Below, one piece after another: positions 13,771-26,481 of a DNA stretch of 64,000 nt (positions are counted from its first letter, which is position 1; each line of letters opens with the position of its first letter). Below the pieces are notes generated by a model, which made no database searches, was not told where the DNA came from, and was given only the letters and a program-made list of their open reading frames with translations. Source of the stretch: Chloropicon primus (lineage: Eukaryota). The translations under genes were made by a program, and so were the position numbers. The stretch is taken from positions 310,001 to 374,000 of the forward strand of contig CP060759.1 of NCBI GenBank assembly GCA_023205875.1, given 5' to 3'.

Positions 13771-13942
13771 CTAGAAAAGCTTTACATCTAGCATTTGCTG
13801 AGATATAAAATAATTATATGGAACTCGCGCACGTAGGCTTGTAACAACTCGGGATATATAGCTTTACACAAACACACACACACACACAAAAGTTCGAAGC
13901 AAGAAGACGAAAGGAAAGGCCTTCCCCTCTCTCCCCCTCACT

Positions 13943-15282
13943 CTAGGTGAACCCGGCCTTCTCCTCCCGCGCCGCGAGCCTCTTCTGCATTTTGGGGGGT
14001 ATTCTGGCCTCCCTGAACTGGTTTGGATGCCGAAGGTCCCCGAACGGCTTCACCGGGTTTTTCAGGTACTTGCAGTACTCCTCGTTCCTCACCTCCGTCT
14101 TGGCGAGGAGCTTGAACCACTTCCGCCTCAGCTCCAGCTTTGTCCCCTCGTCGAGGTCTCCCTTGTGCATCTCCTCCCAGTCCCGCTCCGAGAAGGCGTA
14201 CGTGTACCTGTACTCGCCCCGGTCCCCTCCGTGGGCGCCGCCCGCCACCCAGCCCAGCACCCTCTGGAGCACCCCGGGCCCCTTCTGCCTCTTCAGGTGG
14301 ATGACCCTGTGGATGACGAGGGCGGAAGAGACGCTGATGTGGAGGGAGGTCCCCGCTTTCGTCTCGTAAGTCACGTGCTCCGCGCAGCCTTCCATGAGCT
14401 CCCTCGAGAATCCGTTCTCGTCGGTGCAGAAGACCAGGGCCACCCTCTTCGGCACGTCCCTTGGCGCCATGCCTTGGAGTCTCCTCAAGCTTCGGCTCGA
14501 TTCCCCGCCGCCGTGCCCCTCGAACAAGTCCTCGCAACCGTACGCCTCGGCAAAGTCGAAGCTGTACTCCTCCCTGGCCAGTCCGTGCACGCACCAGACC
14601 TAAGTAAAGTGGGGGAGAGAGCGAGAGAGGGGGGGGCGAAGCAAACAGGGCGTCAGGGTCAAAAGACGGGCCTTTTCCCGATGGTGCGCCGCACACTTAC
14701 GTCAAGGCCCTCCTCCTTGCACGCGTCCATCAAATCACGAGTGCGTTTGAAGCGTCTCACGCTCAGGAACTTCCTCGCCTTCTTGAAGATCCCGGACCCT
14801 GCGTTGGGCAGCTGGAAGGACTCCTCCAGCTGCTCGGCCGCCTCGCGGGTGGGGCACTCCTCCAGCTTGCGCGGTGGCGGGTGCTCCAGGATCCACACGT
14901 TCTGGACTCCAAGGCACTCGCACGTCCTGCACACCGCCTCGTAGTGCCTGGCCGTGCTCGATCGCCCCAGCACGACGACGACGTCCTTCAAGCGCCTTGG
15001 TTCCAAAAACGTACGCACGGAAATGAGCAGGAAGCGAGAAGGAGTCAGCGCACACGCAGCACGAGGCTTGCTTGCATCGTATTGGGAAACCATTCTTCGC
15101 ACTCACCTCTGCAGCACCGCTTCGCACCTCTTGAGCTTCCGCAGCGGAATCCCTGGCGCATCCATTCCCGAGTCCGTCGCCGGAGCCTCGCCTCGATCGA
15201 ATCGACTCCTCCTCCTCCTCCTCCTCCTCCTCGCGAGGAGGCGATACCCCAACCCAGCCGCGACGGCGACGACGAGCTTCAT
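13943..15282 (-). CDS. SpoU/TrmH-family (SPOUT) RNA methyltransferase-like protein; 3 exons
   Basis: Exons 15282-15107, 14995-14701 and 14599-13943; motifs VVVL..HYEAVCRTCECLGV, ALVFCTDENG, SLHISVS; first exon less certain. Confidence 0.7.
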
Positions 15283-15811
15283 TTATATATATATATATCC
15301 AATCAATCAATCAACCAAACCACAAATCCAATCGAGGGTGAGGGAGAAAAGAAGGCGATTGAGGTGAAAGTCTGCGCTCCACGCAATCTGGATCTCGTCG
15401 GCCAGGAGGAGGCTCAAGGCGATCCCTTGAGGCACGAGACACAACCAAGCCAAATCCCTGCAGACACACTTTCTCCACGAGCTTCGATGCCTTCCTCTGC
15501 CTCAAACACGCCAAGAAGGGGATCAATGAAATCGTGTCGAAACGAAGCGTCGTCCTAAACCTTCGTCCTCCGCAGTACCTCCCTTATGCACCCTCCAAAC
15601 CTCGTCCAAAGCCACAGAGTCGAGTCAGAGTCGACGGAGGGACCTCCCTCCTCTGTCCTCCGCGTTCCATTTGGTGTACCATTTCGTACACTCATAGAAC
15701 GACACTGAAACCCTTTTTCGGCGGAAGAGAGAGAGAGAGTAGGGAGAGCGTCTCGAGAGCGGGCGAAGGAAGGACGGAGCGAAAAAAGACGTCAACGAGA
15801 ACAGGAGGACC

Positions 15812-16112
15812 ATGACGACACCAGCGGTTATCAGAGCCCCTCAGCTCTTCGCCAAGGGTTCCCCCAAGGTAACGCTCGCGCCTTCTCCGGCGTAACGCAC
15901 GCACGAACACTCCTTTTTTTCTTCATGTTTTTCTTGTTTTCGAAATGGGGAGCCCAAAGCCCAAGGACGCCTTCGTCATTCGTTTCGTCGGGTGGCGCTG
16001 CTTGAGGCTGAAGAAGACTCGCGTGCTCTCTCGCGCCCTGGCTCTCTCGTTCTTTTCTTTCGAAAGCAAGGGGTTTCGTTGCTGCGAACCGACGACGAGA
16101 CTGACTGACTGA

Positions 16113-16143
<31 letters not shown>

Positions 16144-16277
16144 GCTCTCTGTGGCTTGCGTGGGGAATGAAATGGGTTTGACAGGCCTCCGTCGTGAAGG
16201 AGATCATCATGGCGAGCGGATTGGGACTCTGTGCTGGCTTGGTTTGGAAGGTGGGTGGCGGACTGTTCCTTCTCTCT

Positions 16278-16324
<47 letters not shown>

Positions 16325-16466
16325 GTTATTTTGTTGCTTGGTGTCTTGCATTGTGTGCGCTGACCTTCTATCCCTTTCCTTTGCGTGCACACAGATGAAC
16401 CACTGGAACGAGAGGAGAAAGACTGAGGAGTACTACGCCTTCCAGGCGGCCAAGAGCCAAAAGTAA
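15812..16466 (+). CDS. COX5C: Cytochrome c oxidase subunit 5C (plant/green-algal type), 64 aa; 3 exons; absent from the ORF track
   Basis: Exons 15812-15868, 16185-16250 and 16395-16466 with GT..AG introns give MTTPAVIRAPQLFAKGSPK|ASVVKEIIMASGLGLCAGLVWK|MNHWNERRKTEEYY, matching the COX5C pattern SVVKE...G..WKMxHWNE. Confidence 0.88.
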
Positions 16467-17118
16467 TTTTGCCCAAAGCCTCCTCGAGGTGGTGTTTATA
16501 AACACTTAGTATATTCTTTCGATAAACAAGCAAGCGGGGCCCATGATGGTTCTTCTTCCCGCCCACGCCCTCTTCCCAAGCGCCGGGCTCGTCTAGCACT
16601 CGCACATATCGAGAGGCCAGCGTGCCCTCCTCTTGCTTCCGACGAGCAGCAGCAGCAAGCGTTGTTTGGTTTGGACCCACCCTCGCGAAGAAAGAGGAGA
16701 GAAGAAGAAGGAGGAGGATGAGGAGGAGGGGAGCTCACTGGAGGCTTGCTCACAGGAATTAGCGGATAGAACACAGGAGAGGCGGGGACCACTCACCGCC
16801 ATCGAGCAGCACTCCCTCCATGACGAGGACACCCCCAACATTTCCTCCACCCAAAGAAGTAAGGCAAAGGAACGGAACGTCAGAACATTTTCCTAAGGGA
16901 AGCGGCAAAAGACAAGACAGTTTCGTTTTTGGTGGTGACGCAACCAACTTCTCCATTGGCCCCTTCCCTTGTCTTGCCTTGTCTTGTCTTCTTTCCTCTC
17001 CTCTGTTGGACGGGACGGTGCAACTCCTTGGTCTGCACTGGCCACCACAAGCTTTGAGGACAGACTCTCCAGTGGTGGAGCAAGGAGCGAGAGGAAGACA
17101 AGACAGCCTGTCTCGAAG

Positions 17119-18279
17119 ATGGGATTCAAGTCCTGGCAAAGGGTGGCAGCGGTGGCGGTGCTTCTTGGCCTTTGCCTTGGGCTGAGGTCTGCGCAAGCCA
17201 AGGCCTTGGTGGAGGATAAGGGTGACGTGGGTGCTGGGATATTTGACCTGGAGTACGGCAAGTATGTCGTGGACTACAACACCGTGGTGTATTGCCCGGA
17301 TGGGAGCCAGATAGAGACGTGGTCGTGTCCCGTGTGCAACAAAACCAGGGTGAAGGACTTCAAGGTGGATGAGGTCATACACGAGTTCGAGCTGAACATT
17401 CAGGCGTACACAGGGTATTCTCCAACTTTGGGTAAGTGGAGCTCTTGGGGAACGGCAAGAAGACGCCTTGTTGCTGCTTGTTCTGACCTCCTCGCTCTCT
17501 TCTTTTTGGCACACAGACGCTTTCCTCTTCGTGTTCCGGGGAACCAAGTCGGATGACATGAGGAACTGGATCATCGACCTCAGTGTCTTGGAGCTGGACT
17601 TGGATTTGCCCTATCCACACTCGGACGGCGCGAAGGTTCACGGGTAAGGTTGCCTTTCGGGGGGGAGGAGGGGGCGTGCCAGCTTCTCCGCCCCGCGCTA
17701 AACGACTCTCCCGAGTCCACTCGCTGACGCTTTCCCTTATTCATCTCATCTCTCACCTCCAGCGGCTTCTATCGTACGTACGCAACGACGAACGTGAGGG
17801 TGATGATCTTGCAGTCGTGGGAGAGGCTTCGGGCAAAATACGGTACGGACAAGAAAGTGATCGTGACCGGACATTCCTTGGGAGGTGCCTTGGCGACTTT
17901 CTGTGCATTGGACTTGAAGCTGCAGCACAACGAGACCAACCTGCAGCTTTACACCTTGGGATCGCCTCGCGTGGGCAACGAAGGTTTCTTCAAATTCTTT
18001 CACTCGTGGATAGGAGACTCCATCCGAGTCGTCCACAGCTACGACATCGTGCCTTCCCTTCCTCCACCTTTCCTGGGGTACCACCACATCGCAAGGGAGG
18101 TGTGGAGCGTGGAGACTGGCAAGAAGCAGCGGGACGGCCTCCCTGTGCTGAGGAACACCATTTGCGATGACTCGGGGGAGGATCACAATTGCAGTGACGG
18201 AGCTTGCATGTTCAGTATTTGTACCTCCATTCCTGACCACATGACCTACTTGAACATCGAGATCACTTGCGAGACGTGA
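17119..18279 (+). CDS. Secreted class 3 lipase; 3 exons
   Basis: Signal peptide; introns 17432-17516 and 17644-17762 restore VFRGT..NWI.DL and KVHGGF; GHSLG nucleophile motif, GSPRVGN, DIVP, DH.TY. Confidence 0.9.
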
Positions 18280-18379
18280 AGCGCACGCGTGAGAGGGTCC
18301 GTGAGAGGGTCGAGAAGTCGCGGTGCCGGAAAATATGAACAAAAATTGTATGAAAACCCAAGAATAAATGATTAGTTAT

Positions 18380-19312
18380 TCAAGAAATAAGCCTCTTCAC
18401 CTGCTCCAGCGTCAGGAACATGGCCACGTTCCACGATCCGAGCCTGGCAAAGTTTGGAATGAACCCCTTGTAGAACGCCATGACTCCGTCGTTCTTCAGA
18501 GTCTTCACAAAGCAGTCGACAGTTCCAGAGTACAAGCCTGCGCTGTCCCCCATGACTCTTGACTTGACCACATCCACAGGCGAACCAACGATGCAGGCGC
18601 AGAGACCGGCACCAAGGCCACTCAGGATGTGGCAAGGCACTCCATCCTCGACAACCTTGGAGGCTAAGAGCATCTGCTTGACCTGGTCGTACGTCGCGAG
18701 CTCAGTCGCGTTGATCACTGAGTTTCTCGTGATGTTGGGGACGACTCCGGTCCACAGGCCCATGATCCCCTCTTCCTTGGCAATCATCCTGTAAGCGGCC
18801 ATGGCGTTCGGGTACTTTGGCTTCGGTGCCGCCTTCCCAGCCTCGGAAGAAAGGGCCTGCCTTCCCTGAGCTTGCAGCCTAACCTTGACGAGGTCTGTCG
18901 GGTTTGCGATGGATATGGCCACGCCTCCGGTGATCAAGCCCGAGACTACCTTGGACGCGAATGAGGAATCCTTCGCCCCTTCCCCGTCCACCAGTCTCGA
19001 CACCTGCGACTTGACTGGGTCGTACAAGCCGATCCTCAGGCCACCGAAGAGGCACTGCCTGTGCAAACCTGGCTGCCACCCTTTCCACAACGCGGCAGCA
19101 CCCTCCTCCTTGGCGATCGTTCCGACAGCACCAATCAAACCCGTGTACTTGGGCTTCACTCCAGGCATGGGAGTCCCTTGAAGCTGAAGCCTCACCTTGG
19201 CCGTGTCGAAGGGGAGCGTCAGAAGTTCTGCCGTGCATGCAGAAAACGCCGAAGCCGGGAACGTCTTCCAAATAGGCAAAACTTTTTGCGTGTTCGACGA
19301 GTCGCCTCCCAT
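18380..19312 (-). CDS. UCP1: Mitochondrial uncoupling protein (SLC25 carrier)
   Basis: Three carrier repeats (PFDTAKVRLQ, PTDLVKVRLQ, PVDVVKSR) and UCP-typical GLHRQCLFGGLRIGLYDPVK and NFARLGSWN. Confidence 0.92.
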   Translation of the reverse strand: MGGDSSNTQKVLPIWKTFPASAFSACTAELLTLPFDTAKVRLQLQGTPMPGVKPKYTGLIGAVGTIAKEEGAAALWKGWQPGLHRQCLFGGLRIGLYDPVKSQVSRLVDGEGAKDSSFASKVVSGLITGGVAISIANPTDLVKVRLQAQGRQALSSEAGKAAPKPKYPNAMAAYRMIAKEEGIMGLWTGVVPNITRNSVINATELATYDQVKQMLLASKVVEDGVPCHILSGLGAGLCACIVGSPVDVVKSRVMGDSAGLYSGTVDCFVKTLKNDGVMAFYKGFIPNFARLGSWNVAMFLTLEQVKRLIS

Positions 19313-19496
19313 GTTGCCCTAGCACTTGTCCGTCGCTCCTTCACCTCGCTCGCTCGCTCGTCGTCGTCGTCGTCGTCGGTTCGCCTTGTCGTGGCCTTCG
19401 TCCTCAGCCGTCGACTGAGTTCCTCCACTTTTCGTCCGGAGATCCCAAGGATAGGATTTTCTTCAAGTCAAGATCTTGACTCAGCATCATATGTGG

Positions 19497-19776
19497 AGGA
19501 GGACAGAAGCAGAGGGGCAGAGAGGAGAGGGGAGGGAGTAGCGCTGCTGTACTGGGGAATGGTGGGTCGCTTCGTGCAATGAAAAGCTGGGTGACCCGTA
19601 AGCATCAACACCTGACAAGTCTTGGGCAACTTTGGAGAGCTTTAGGTCCAAAATAGGGCAAGGTTTGGGCTGAACAGGAGGACAGAAGCCAGAGGGGCAG
19701 AGAGGAGGAGAGGGGAGGGAGTGGCGCTGCTGTACTGGGGAATGGTGGGTCACTTCGTGCAATGAAAAGCTGGGTG
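19497..19776. repeat. Direct duplication: two ~100-bp near-identical units about 180 bp apart
   Basis: 19497-19593 vs 19676-19776 (AGGAGGACAGAAGC...GCAATGAAAAGCTGGGTG); weaker similarity continues downstream (TGGGCAA....GAGAGCT.TAGG). Confidence 0.9.
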
Positions 19777-19896
19777 GAGAATGAATTGGGTGATCACCTA
19801 AAGTTTTGATGGACCGTGGGCAATCGCAGAGAGCTCTAGGCCCCACAAAGAAGAAGCAGGGTGGTGACACTTGTTTTACAGAGGTTTCTACTCTCC

Positions 19897-20286
19897 ATGT
19901 CAGGCGGATCCTTTGGGTTCGACTGCAACATATGTTTGGAGCAGATCAAACAGGGCCCTGTGACGACGCTTTGTGGCCACCTGTTTTGCGGTCACTGCAT
20001 CGAGCGATGGCTCAAGCATAAGGGGGACACAAAGGACAAGACGTCCTGTCCAGTGTGCAAGGGAGAGACTGCCATCATCAGGATATTTGGCAGGGGGAGC
20101 ACCAGCTCCAACTCCGTGCCTTGCGATTCGTTCGACGAAGCGACGGGAGGAGAGAGGGGGCAAAATTCTTTAGGCAAAGGGCGTCCGCCACCGTGGCTGT
20201 CTTTCCTGGTGCCAACCCAGCTGCAACCTTCCCTGCTGCTGATCGTGGGTATCGCGGTTTTCGCATACATTCTTCTGCTCTTGTAA
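19897..20286 (+). CDS. RING-HC E3 ubiquitin ligase with C-terminal membrane anchor (RMA1/RNF5-like)
   Basis: FDCNICLE..GPVTTLCGHLFCGHCI.RW...CPVCK..IFGRG plus a hydrophobic C-terminal helix. Confidence 0.85.
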   Translation: MSGGSFGFDCNICLEQIKQGPVTTLCGHLFCGHCIERWLKHKGDTKDKTSCPVCKGETAIIRIFGRGSTSSNSVPCDSFDEATGGERGQNSLGKGRPPPWLSFLVPTQLQPSLLLIVGIAVFAYILLLL

Positions 20287-20370
20287 GTCTTCCCGTGCAC
20301 GAACGTGGGTTGTACAGCAAGCTCTGCGAGGTTTGCTTCGCGCCCTGTTGCGTTTCTCGTAAACCACGAC

Positions 20371-21901
20371 GTTCACTCCCCGTCATTGTAGTACGAGTTT
20401 ATATTAGTACCAGCGCCAAGTGGTTGGTGTTGTATTGTACAAGTGGTTACATCATTAGTTTGGCTACCATATCATCAGGGGGTGAGCTTCGGTGTTCAAG
20501 ACCCACTCGTCCAGGGACACTACGTCCGTGGGGGAGAACAGGAGGTAAAGGTACTTCAACGTTTCCGCCAAGAACCAACTCTGCATTTTGTTGTCCAGCT
20601 CCGCGGGCTCCTGGGTCACGTCACGCACGCCACTGTACCCCGCCTCGACCTTGCAGTGCTTCTCAATCGCTTGGAAGATTTCCCAGCCCCACTCGCGGTA
20701 CTTGTTCTTTCCTGTGACTCTGTACAGGATCATGAGACTCTCCACGGCCTCGGGCCGCAGCATGTTGTGCCTGTCGTGGATGAGAATCTTGTCCGAAATG
20801 AAGTCATAAGTCTCCCCCGCGAGGCCTGTCGCGGTCATGTTGTAGAACAAGTAGCAGGTATGCGTCAAATCCTCTGCAACCCTTAGGTACTGGTCTTGCT
20901 TGCGCTTGGACAGCAGATCCTTGGCTTTGTGCGCCCCGAGGGCCAGCATTCCCGGCGCAAAGCAGGCCAAGTGATTCATCTCATCCAGATTTGGCGTAGG
21001 TATGGCAGGGTTCGCTTTCTCTTTGTCCAAAGGCCCCCTGACTTCTATCAGGGCAGAAAGACTCTTTTGCTTGTACAGCAAGTACTTGATCATCTCGTCC
21101 ATTGCCCCCTCCCAACGCTTTCCCGTGTCGTGGACCATGTCGCCCCTGTGGGCCCCAGCCTGCACCCAAGCCTTCAAGAGATACTCGTAGTAAGAGTCCG
21201 CCATTGCCCCCATGGTATAGGTTTCCTCTGTAGCCACTTCCCCGCTTGACAAAAAGTGTGTGGACAGAAGGTACTGGGCGTTGTTCCTCTTGTGAACCCC
21301 AATCAATGGCTTCGCGGAAGCCTCGGCGTACTTCATGTCCCCGGTCTCCCTCGAAAGAGCGTAGAACTCCAGCTGAGTCGTGCCAAACTCAGCGAGGAGG
21401 TGGTTGTCCCTAAGCCAATTCGCGTTGAAGTGGTCCAGGCTCTTGAGAGAGATGAAGCCCGAAGGCATGCCCACGCCGTCCTTCGCATAAGCAGACAGCA
21501 GCCTGTCCCCAAGGTCCCTCGCATTGTCCAAAAACAGCTTGTCCCCCGTCAGGTAGTACACGCTCATGAACCCGCCAAGCAAGCGAATCGTGCACTCGAA
21601 CGTGGACAAGGGCGTCGCGCCCATCATCTTCTCCCGGAAGCCCGTCATCACCTCCCTCGCCTCCTTGTACTCGTCCTCCAAGCCCATGATCCAAAGCGTG
21701 TCGATGGCGTCGATGGCCGTGGCCCCGAGGTGCCCAAAGTCGTTCGCAGTTGTCTTCGTGACGGGCTCCAGCTCGTCCTCCCCGAAGGCGTACTTCCTGT
21801 ACCCTCGCCAAGCGTGCTTCATGGCGTCCCTCACGGCAGCCCGCCTCTCCTCGCTCCCCCTGTCGTTGGCCACGCCTCCGCCCCGCGCCCGTGCAGCGAC
21901 A
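20371..21901. repeat. Left arm of a ~1.5-kb mosaic inverted repeat (partner 26832-28412)
   Basis: Reverse complement of 26832-28412, including ~90 bp of 3' UTR, with interspersed divergent patches. Confidence 0.92.
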
Positions 21902-22588
21902 GCCTTTCTGTACCCCGGCGTCGGCCACGACTTTCCAAGCGCCTGGAGAGACAGCAGAAGGGGAGGTCCTCGTCAGTCAGTCAATCACGCGAAAGCTAAT
22001 GCTGGCCTCAGCCACGGGGGGACACTGGCACTCACCTCTCCGCGGAACGGGGGCCGTTCCCTCACTTGCACGGCACCAATCCCGTTCCTCGGCAGGATCT
22101 TCATCGGAGGAAGCGCCTCGGTTGACGTGGACCTCAGCACCTCCTCCAGATGCTCCGTCTGGGAGGGGGGGAGGGATCGGAACCACGAGGCACGAAACAC
22201 AAGTCAGTAAGACTCAGACTCAGACCAAAACGTCACCGTCACCGCCCAACGGAGAGCGACGAGGAGGATCCCGGCTGGCGCAGGATCAGACTCGACTCGA
22301 CACACTCACCTTCTCCGCACTCGCTTCGACCTTCCTCCTGGCCACTTCTCGCTCCTTCTTCAGCGTTTCCTGCAGCTCGTTTATCTTCACGAACAGTTGC
22401 TCCTTCTCGCTCTCGTTCTGCAACTCAATCGTCCTGTGGTCTATGATAGCCTCGGACATGTAGAAGACAGCAGCGAGGGCGAGGACGAGGCCGAAGAACA
22501 AAAACGGGTTCACCACGCCGCCGCCGAGGAACCTCCAGCCAGGTGACCGCCTCGATCGAGGCAAAACCTTCCCATCCATCGCTTTCAT
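20464..22588 (-). CDS. Class I alpha-1,2-mannosidase (GH47), copy 1, type II membrane protein; 3 exons
   Basis: Exons 22588-22310, 22158-22036 and 21942-20464; N-terminal TM helix; motifs [49 protein letters not shown]. Confidence 0.92.
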
Positions 22589-23010
22589 CGTGCAACGCAA
22601 CGCCGCGCAATGGGCGAGCGTCACGCCACGCCTCCCTCTCAGATTTTAATGCTGTGGTGATGATTGTGATGGTGGTCTGCAAGCAGATCCAAGATCCAGA
22701 AAGGAGGATCAGGAGGGGAGGATGGTGATGGAGGTCAATGGTGAGGTCAATGGTGATGAGGAGGGGGCGGAGGTGCTCTGGCTCGTGATCTTGCTCGTGA
22801 TCTTGCTCGTTCTCTTTGTTTTTGATCAGGACCTGCAGATAAAGTCGTATAACAACAGAATTGTAATTGTAATTGAAGTCCTTGAGAAGCTTGTGTCCTT
22901 GATGCACAGAGGCCGTTCCGGAACCGTGAGGCCGTCCAAGATCTTGTGCCGCTGCAGCGACCTCCTTCTCCCCCCCCCCTTTCTCGTCTTCCAATCACAG
23001 TCTCCTCTTG

Positions 23011-26000
23011 CTAGGCTGGGCAGAACACGACTAAAATCGCCGAGTTCACCGCGTATAACTTTCGACGGCCCGCGTGCTCGATGAACTCGGCATCCGTGTA
23101 CGAGGGCTCCTTCTTGTCTGTCAAAGTCCCAGAAACGAGCACGATGGGAGACTGCTGGACGATGGAGTCGCCGTCCGCCAGCTCCACGACCGACGTTCTG
23201 CCGAGGTCCGAAAGGAGGCGAAGGAAAGTCTCGTCCTTGGTGCGCTTCGACTTCTGCAGAGTCGCCCTCATGTCCTCGACCTGGCTGCTCCCGGCATCGA
23301 GGCTGACCTCCAGCCTCTTGACCAAGGTTCCTCGAAGGGCGTCCAGTCGCTCCATTTCCACGTCGAACTCCTCGCCCCCGTCGCCGCTGTCGTCGTCGTC
23401 CTCCTCCTGCCCCCCCGCGGAGGTGAGCCTCAGGGTGCTCTCCAAAACGCTGGCCGCCGCGGCGCGGTGGAACTGATCCAGCGGCCTGAGGTTGCGCCCC
23501 CCCTCCCCCTCCTGGGCCTGGAGCATCTCCTCGACGAGGAGCTCCCTGTCGATGGAGATCAACCTCAATGAATTCGAGTGCGCGTAGGCCTCCTTGGTTG
23601 TCAGAGGGCACAAATTGAGGACGTGGCCTCGGCCAACGAGAGTCCTCGACATTCCCGTGACGCGGGCAGCCACGCCCCTCGTGATGACCGCGACGCTGCC
23701 ATCCAAATCGACCTTGTCGCCTTTTCCCAGGCGACGCTCTTTGAACAGGGGGACGAGACGAGCCTTGGCAGCGCGATCGAGGACTTGGAAGAACAAGATT
23801 CCTTCCAAGATGTCCTTAACGCTCCAGGACCTGTGCTCCGAGTAGTGCCTTCTCAGGGGAGCTTCCAGGGACTCTGCTTGCTGGTCCGAGATGGAGCCGC
23901 AGTCCCTGAGCTCGGAGATAAAGCAGGAGATCTCCTGCTTCGCCCAGCGAACTCCTCTGCGAAGACGACGAGCTACGTGTTAAGTTCCGGCCATTCCTCT
24001 CACTCCTCTCACCCTCGCGACTTACCGTGATGTTGTGACCTCCTCTACGACGCCCGGATGAAGGATCTGGTACGACCTGATCTTTGAATCGATCAGGTCA
24101 AGCTCCCGCTTGAGCTCTTGGTGGAACTGATGATGCTTCTGGATCCAGGCCTTTCCACGCTCCATGGCATCGCTCAAGATCTTGTGCAAGGAAACGCACA
24201 CGCCAAAGAGTCGCTTGCGCTGCGAAAAGCTGCCCTCGGGGCCAGAAGTGAGGGACGACAGGCTGAGTGGAGTGGAGCTGTTGTGCGAGGACTCGTCAAA
24301 GGCTTGCTCCAAGACTTGCAGCTCGTAGGGCGAGACCCTGCCCATCACTCTCTCCCTCCGGATCCCTCTCACCATGGCATCCAGAAGCCGAATTCTTACC
24401 GCTCCCATCGAGTCCTCTTGCCTGGCAGCCTGCAGGGCCTTGGATGACTTCACGGCTACGAACTGAGACCGTTGCTGCTGCCCAAGGCTGTGAATTCCAA
24501 AGCTCTTGAAATTGAAGACCAGAGACGTCGTCGTCGTGGGCTCATCCGCCGCATGAAACTCGAAGGAGCGCCTCATCAAGATCGCAACCTTGTCCTCCGG
24601 GGCGTTGAAGAAGAAAGTGTCGTGGCCATCCTCTGTGACACGGTTCATCGTCTCCTTGGCATTCCCCTCTTTGCCCTCTCGCTCGTCGAACCCGACCATG
24701 AGGAAATCGAACAGTCTTCCAAGGTCCGCGAAGCGCAGGTGCGGGTCGTGCTCGAAGTTTTCAAACAACTGAAGAACGAACTTTCGTATCGATTCCTTGG
24801 CCTTTTGCAGCATCGCTTCTTGGAAGGTTGACACCCCAATCAACCCCGACCAAGCCAGAAGCCTTCCCACGGCCGAACTGGTCAAGATGCTGAAGAGCGT
24901 GAAACCGACAGACCAGATGGTTATGAAGAACTTCAAGTCCGTGTTCAGCTCTGAGGGAGGCACGGTCGCCACGATCAGGCTCATGATGATGTTGACCCCT
25001 CCTCTCAATGCCGAAAAGTTCAAGAAGACGGCTTTCCTCCAATCGAGGGGTTTCAAGCCCAAGCGGCTCATGAACGGATACAGCAGGGTGATCCACACGC
25101 CCCGGAATAACACCTGCAGCACGATGATAATCGGCAGGGGCACCAGGCTCCCCCAAAGGAATGAGGTTGGCCGCAGCGTAGCGGTGCTTCTGCGCTGGAT
25201 GTCGGACGCCTCCGCCTGCATCAAGGAGACGCACATGACTCCAGAGAGGAAGAACACCACCGATTCCGCGATGAAGGCCAGGATCTGGAAGAAGGAGAGA
25301 AGGTCCTGCCGGACCGGTCCAGATACGCTGCTCATTCCTGCTGCCGCCATCCACAGGCCCGTGACGCTGACCGACACGGGCCCGGATGCATTGAGGAGGG
25401 ACTGCGACACGTAGAAGGATGCGTAGGCTCCGCACAGCGAGAAGCAGGTCTCCAAAGAAGCTCTCTGCTCGTTGAGGCTCTTGATAATCAGGACCAGCAG
25501 GAGCCCGCAGACCGAGCCGCACACGCAGCCCAACCCGAAAGAGTAGAGGATGTCCAGGAATATCTCCAAGACGCTCGGATTGGGAAAGTAGGTCATGCCC
25601 GCTTGAAGGAACATTTCGAACAGGATGTAACCCGAGCCGTCGTTCAAGAGGCTCTCCCCGCCTATCAATGTGAGGAACGACAGGGGGGCCATGTTCGACT
25701 CCATTGCGCTCATAACGCTCACCGGATCCGTGGAAGCGATGATGCTTCCGAAGAGGAAGCCGTGGTACAGGTTCCAATCTTGCAGACCGATGCCGAAAGC
25801 CCTCACCAGGGGGATGACCAGGTACTGAAGGGACACGCCAGTGAGCAGAACGTTCAGGATGACAACCAGCAGCGCGAAGACGACGATCAGCGTGGCCAGG
25901 CTCTTGAAATAGAACCAGCGGATCCTCATGCTCGCGTCGAAGAGCAAGACCGGAAGGAACAAGTAAAAGGTCAGCTCCGGCGGGTTGATGTTGATCAGCC

Positions 26001-26481
26001 AGTGGAAGCTGTTGCTGATCTGCCTTAGGTTGAACTCGTGGACGAAAACCTGGGCGACCGCGCCGGCCAGGAAGACCAGAATCGTGTGGTCGACGCAGTG
26101 GAGGACCGTGAAGATCGCCTTCCCCCACCGTCCGTCCGCCCACCGCCACCTTGCTCTGGTCAAGCACCCCACCAACAGGGCCAGGAAGAAGAAGAACACC
26201 ACGTCTTGGCCAGTCCCGGGGACGGTCAAGTACCGGCTGTTGTCCCCCAGGACGCGGTTCGCGTACGTCGCGAGCGTCTTGCAGCTCTCGCAGGACGCCG
26301 CGCAGGATTCTTTGTACGACAGCTCAGCGAAGGTGTTGTAGAGCATTGAAGTGTTCGGCAGGCCATTCCATCGCCTCCCCTCGTCCACCAGGAAGACCTC
26401 ATCGCGCGACTCCTGCGCCAACTCCAGGCAGAGCCCCGCCGCGGTGCTCAACTCCGTCTCGTTCAGGGGGAACGACTCCAT
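23011..26481 (-). CDS. SOS1: SOS1/NhaP-type (CPA1) Na+/H+ antiporter with long cytosolic tail containing degenerate cNMP-binding-like folds; at least 2 exons
   Basis: FLPVLLF, FGSIIASTDPVSV, GESLLNDG and LRG motifs; intron 23957-24025 joins ORF 24022-26490 to the frame of ORF 23011-23808, about 1130 aa in total. Confidence 0.82.

Noticed and set aside
22640..22880. Small ORFs and short tandem repeats between mannosidase copy 1 and SOS1
   Set aside because: Low-complexity 6-12 bp repeats with no credible protein; probably UTR or promoter sequence.
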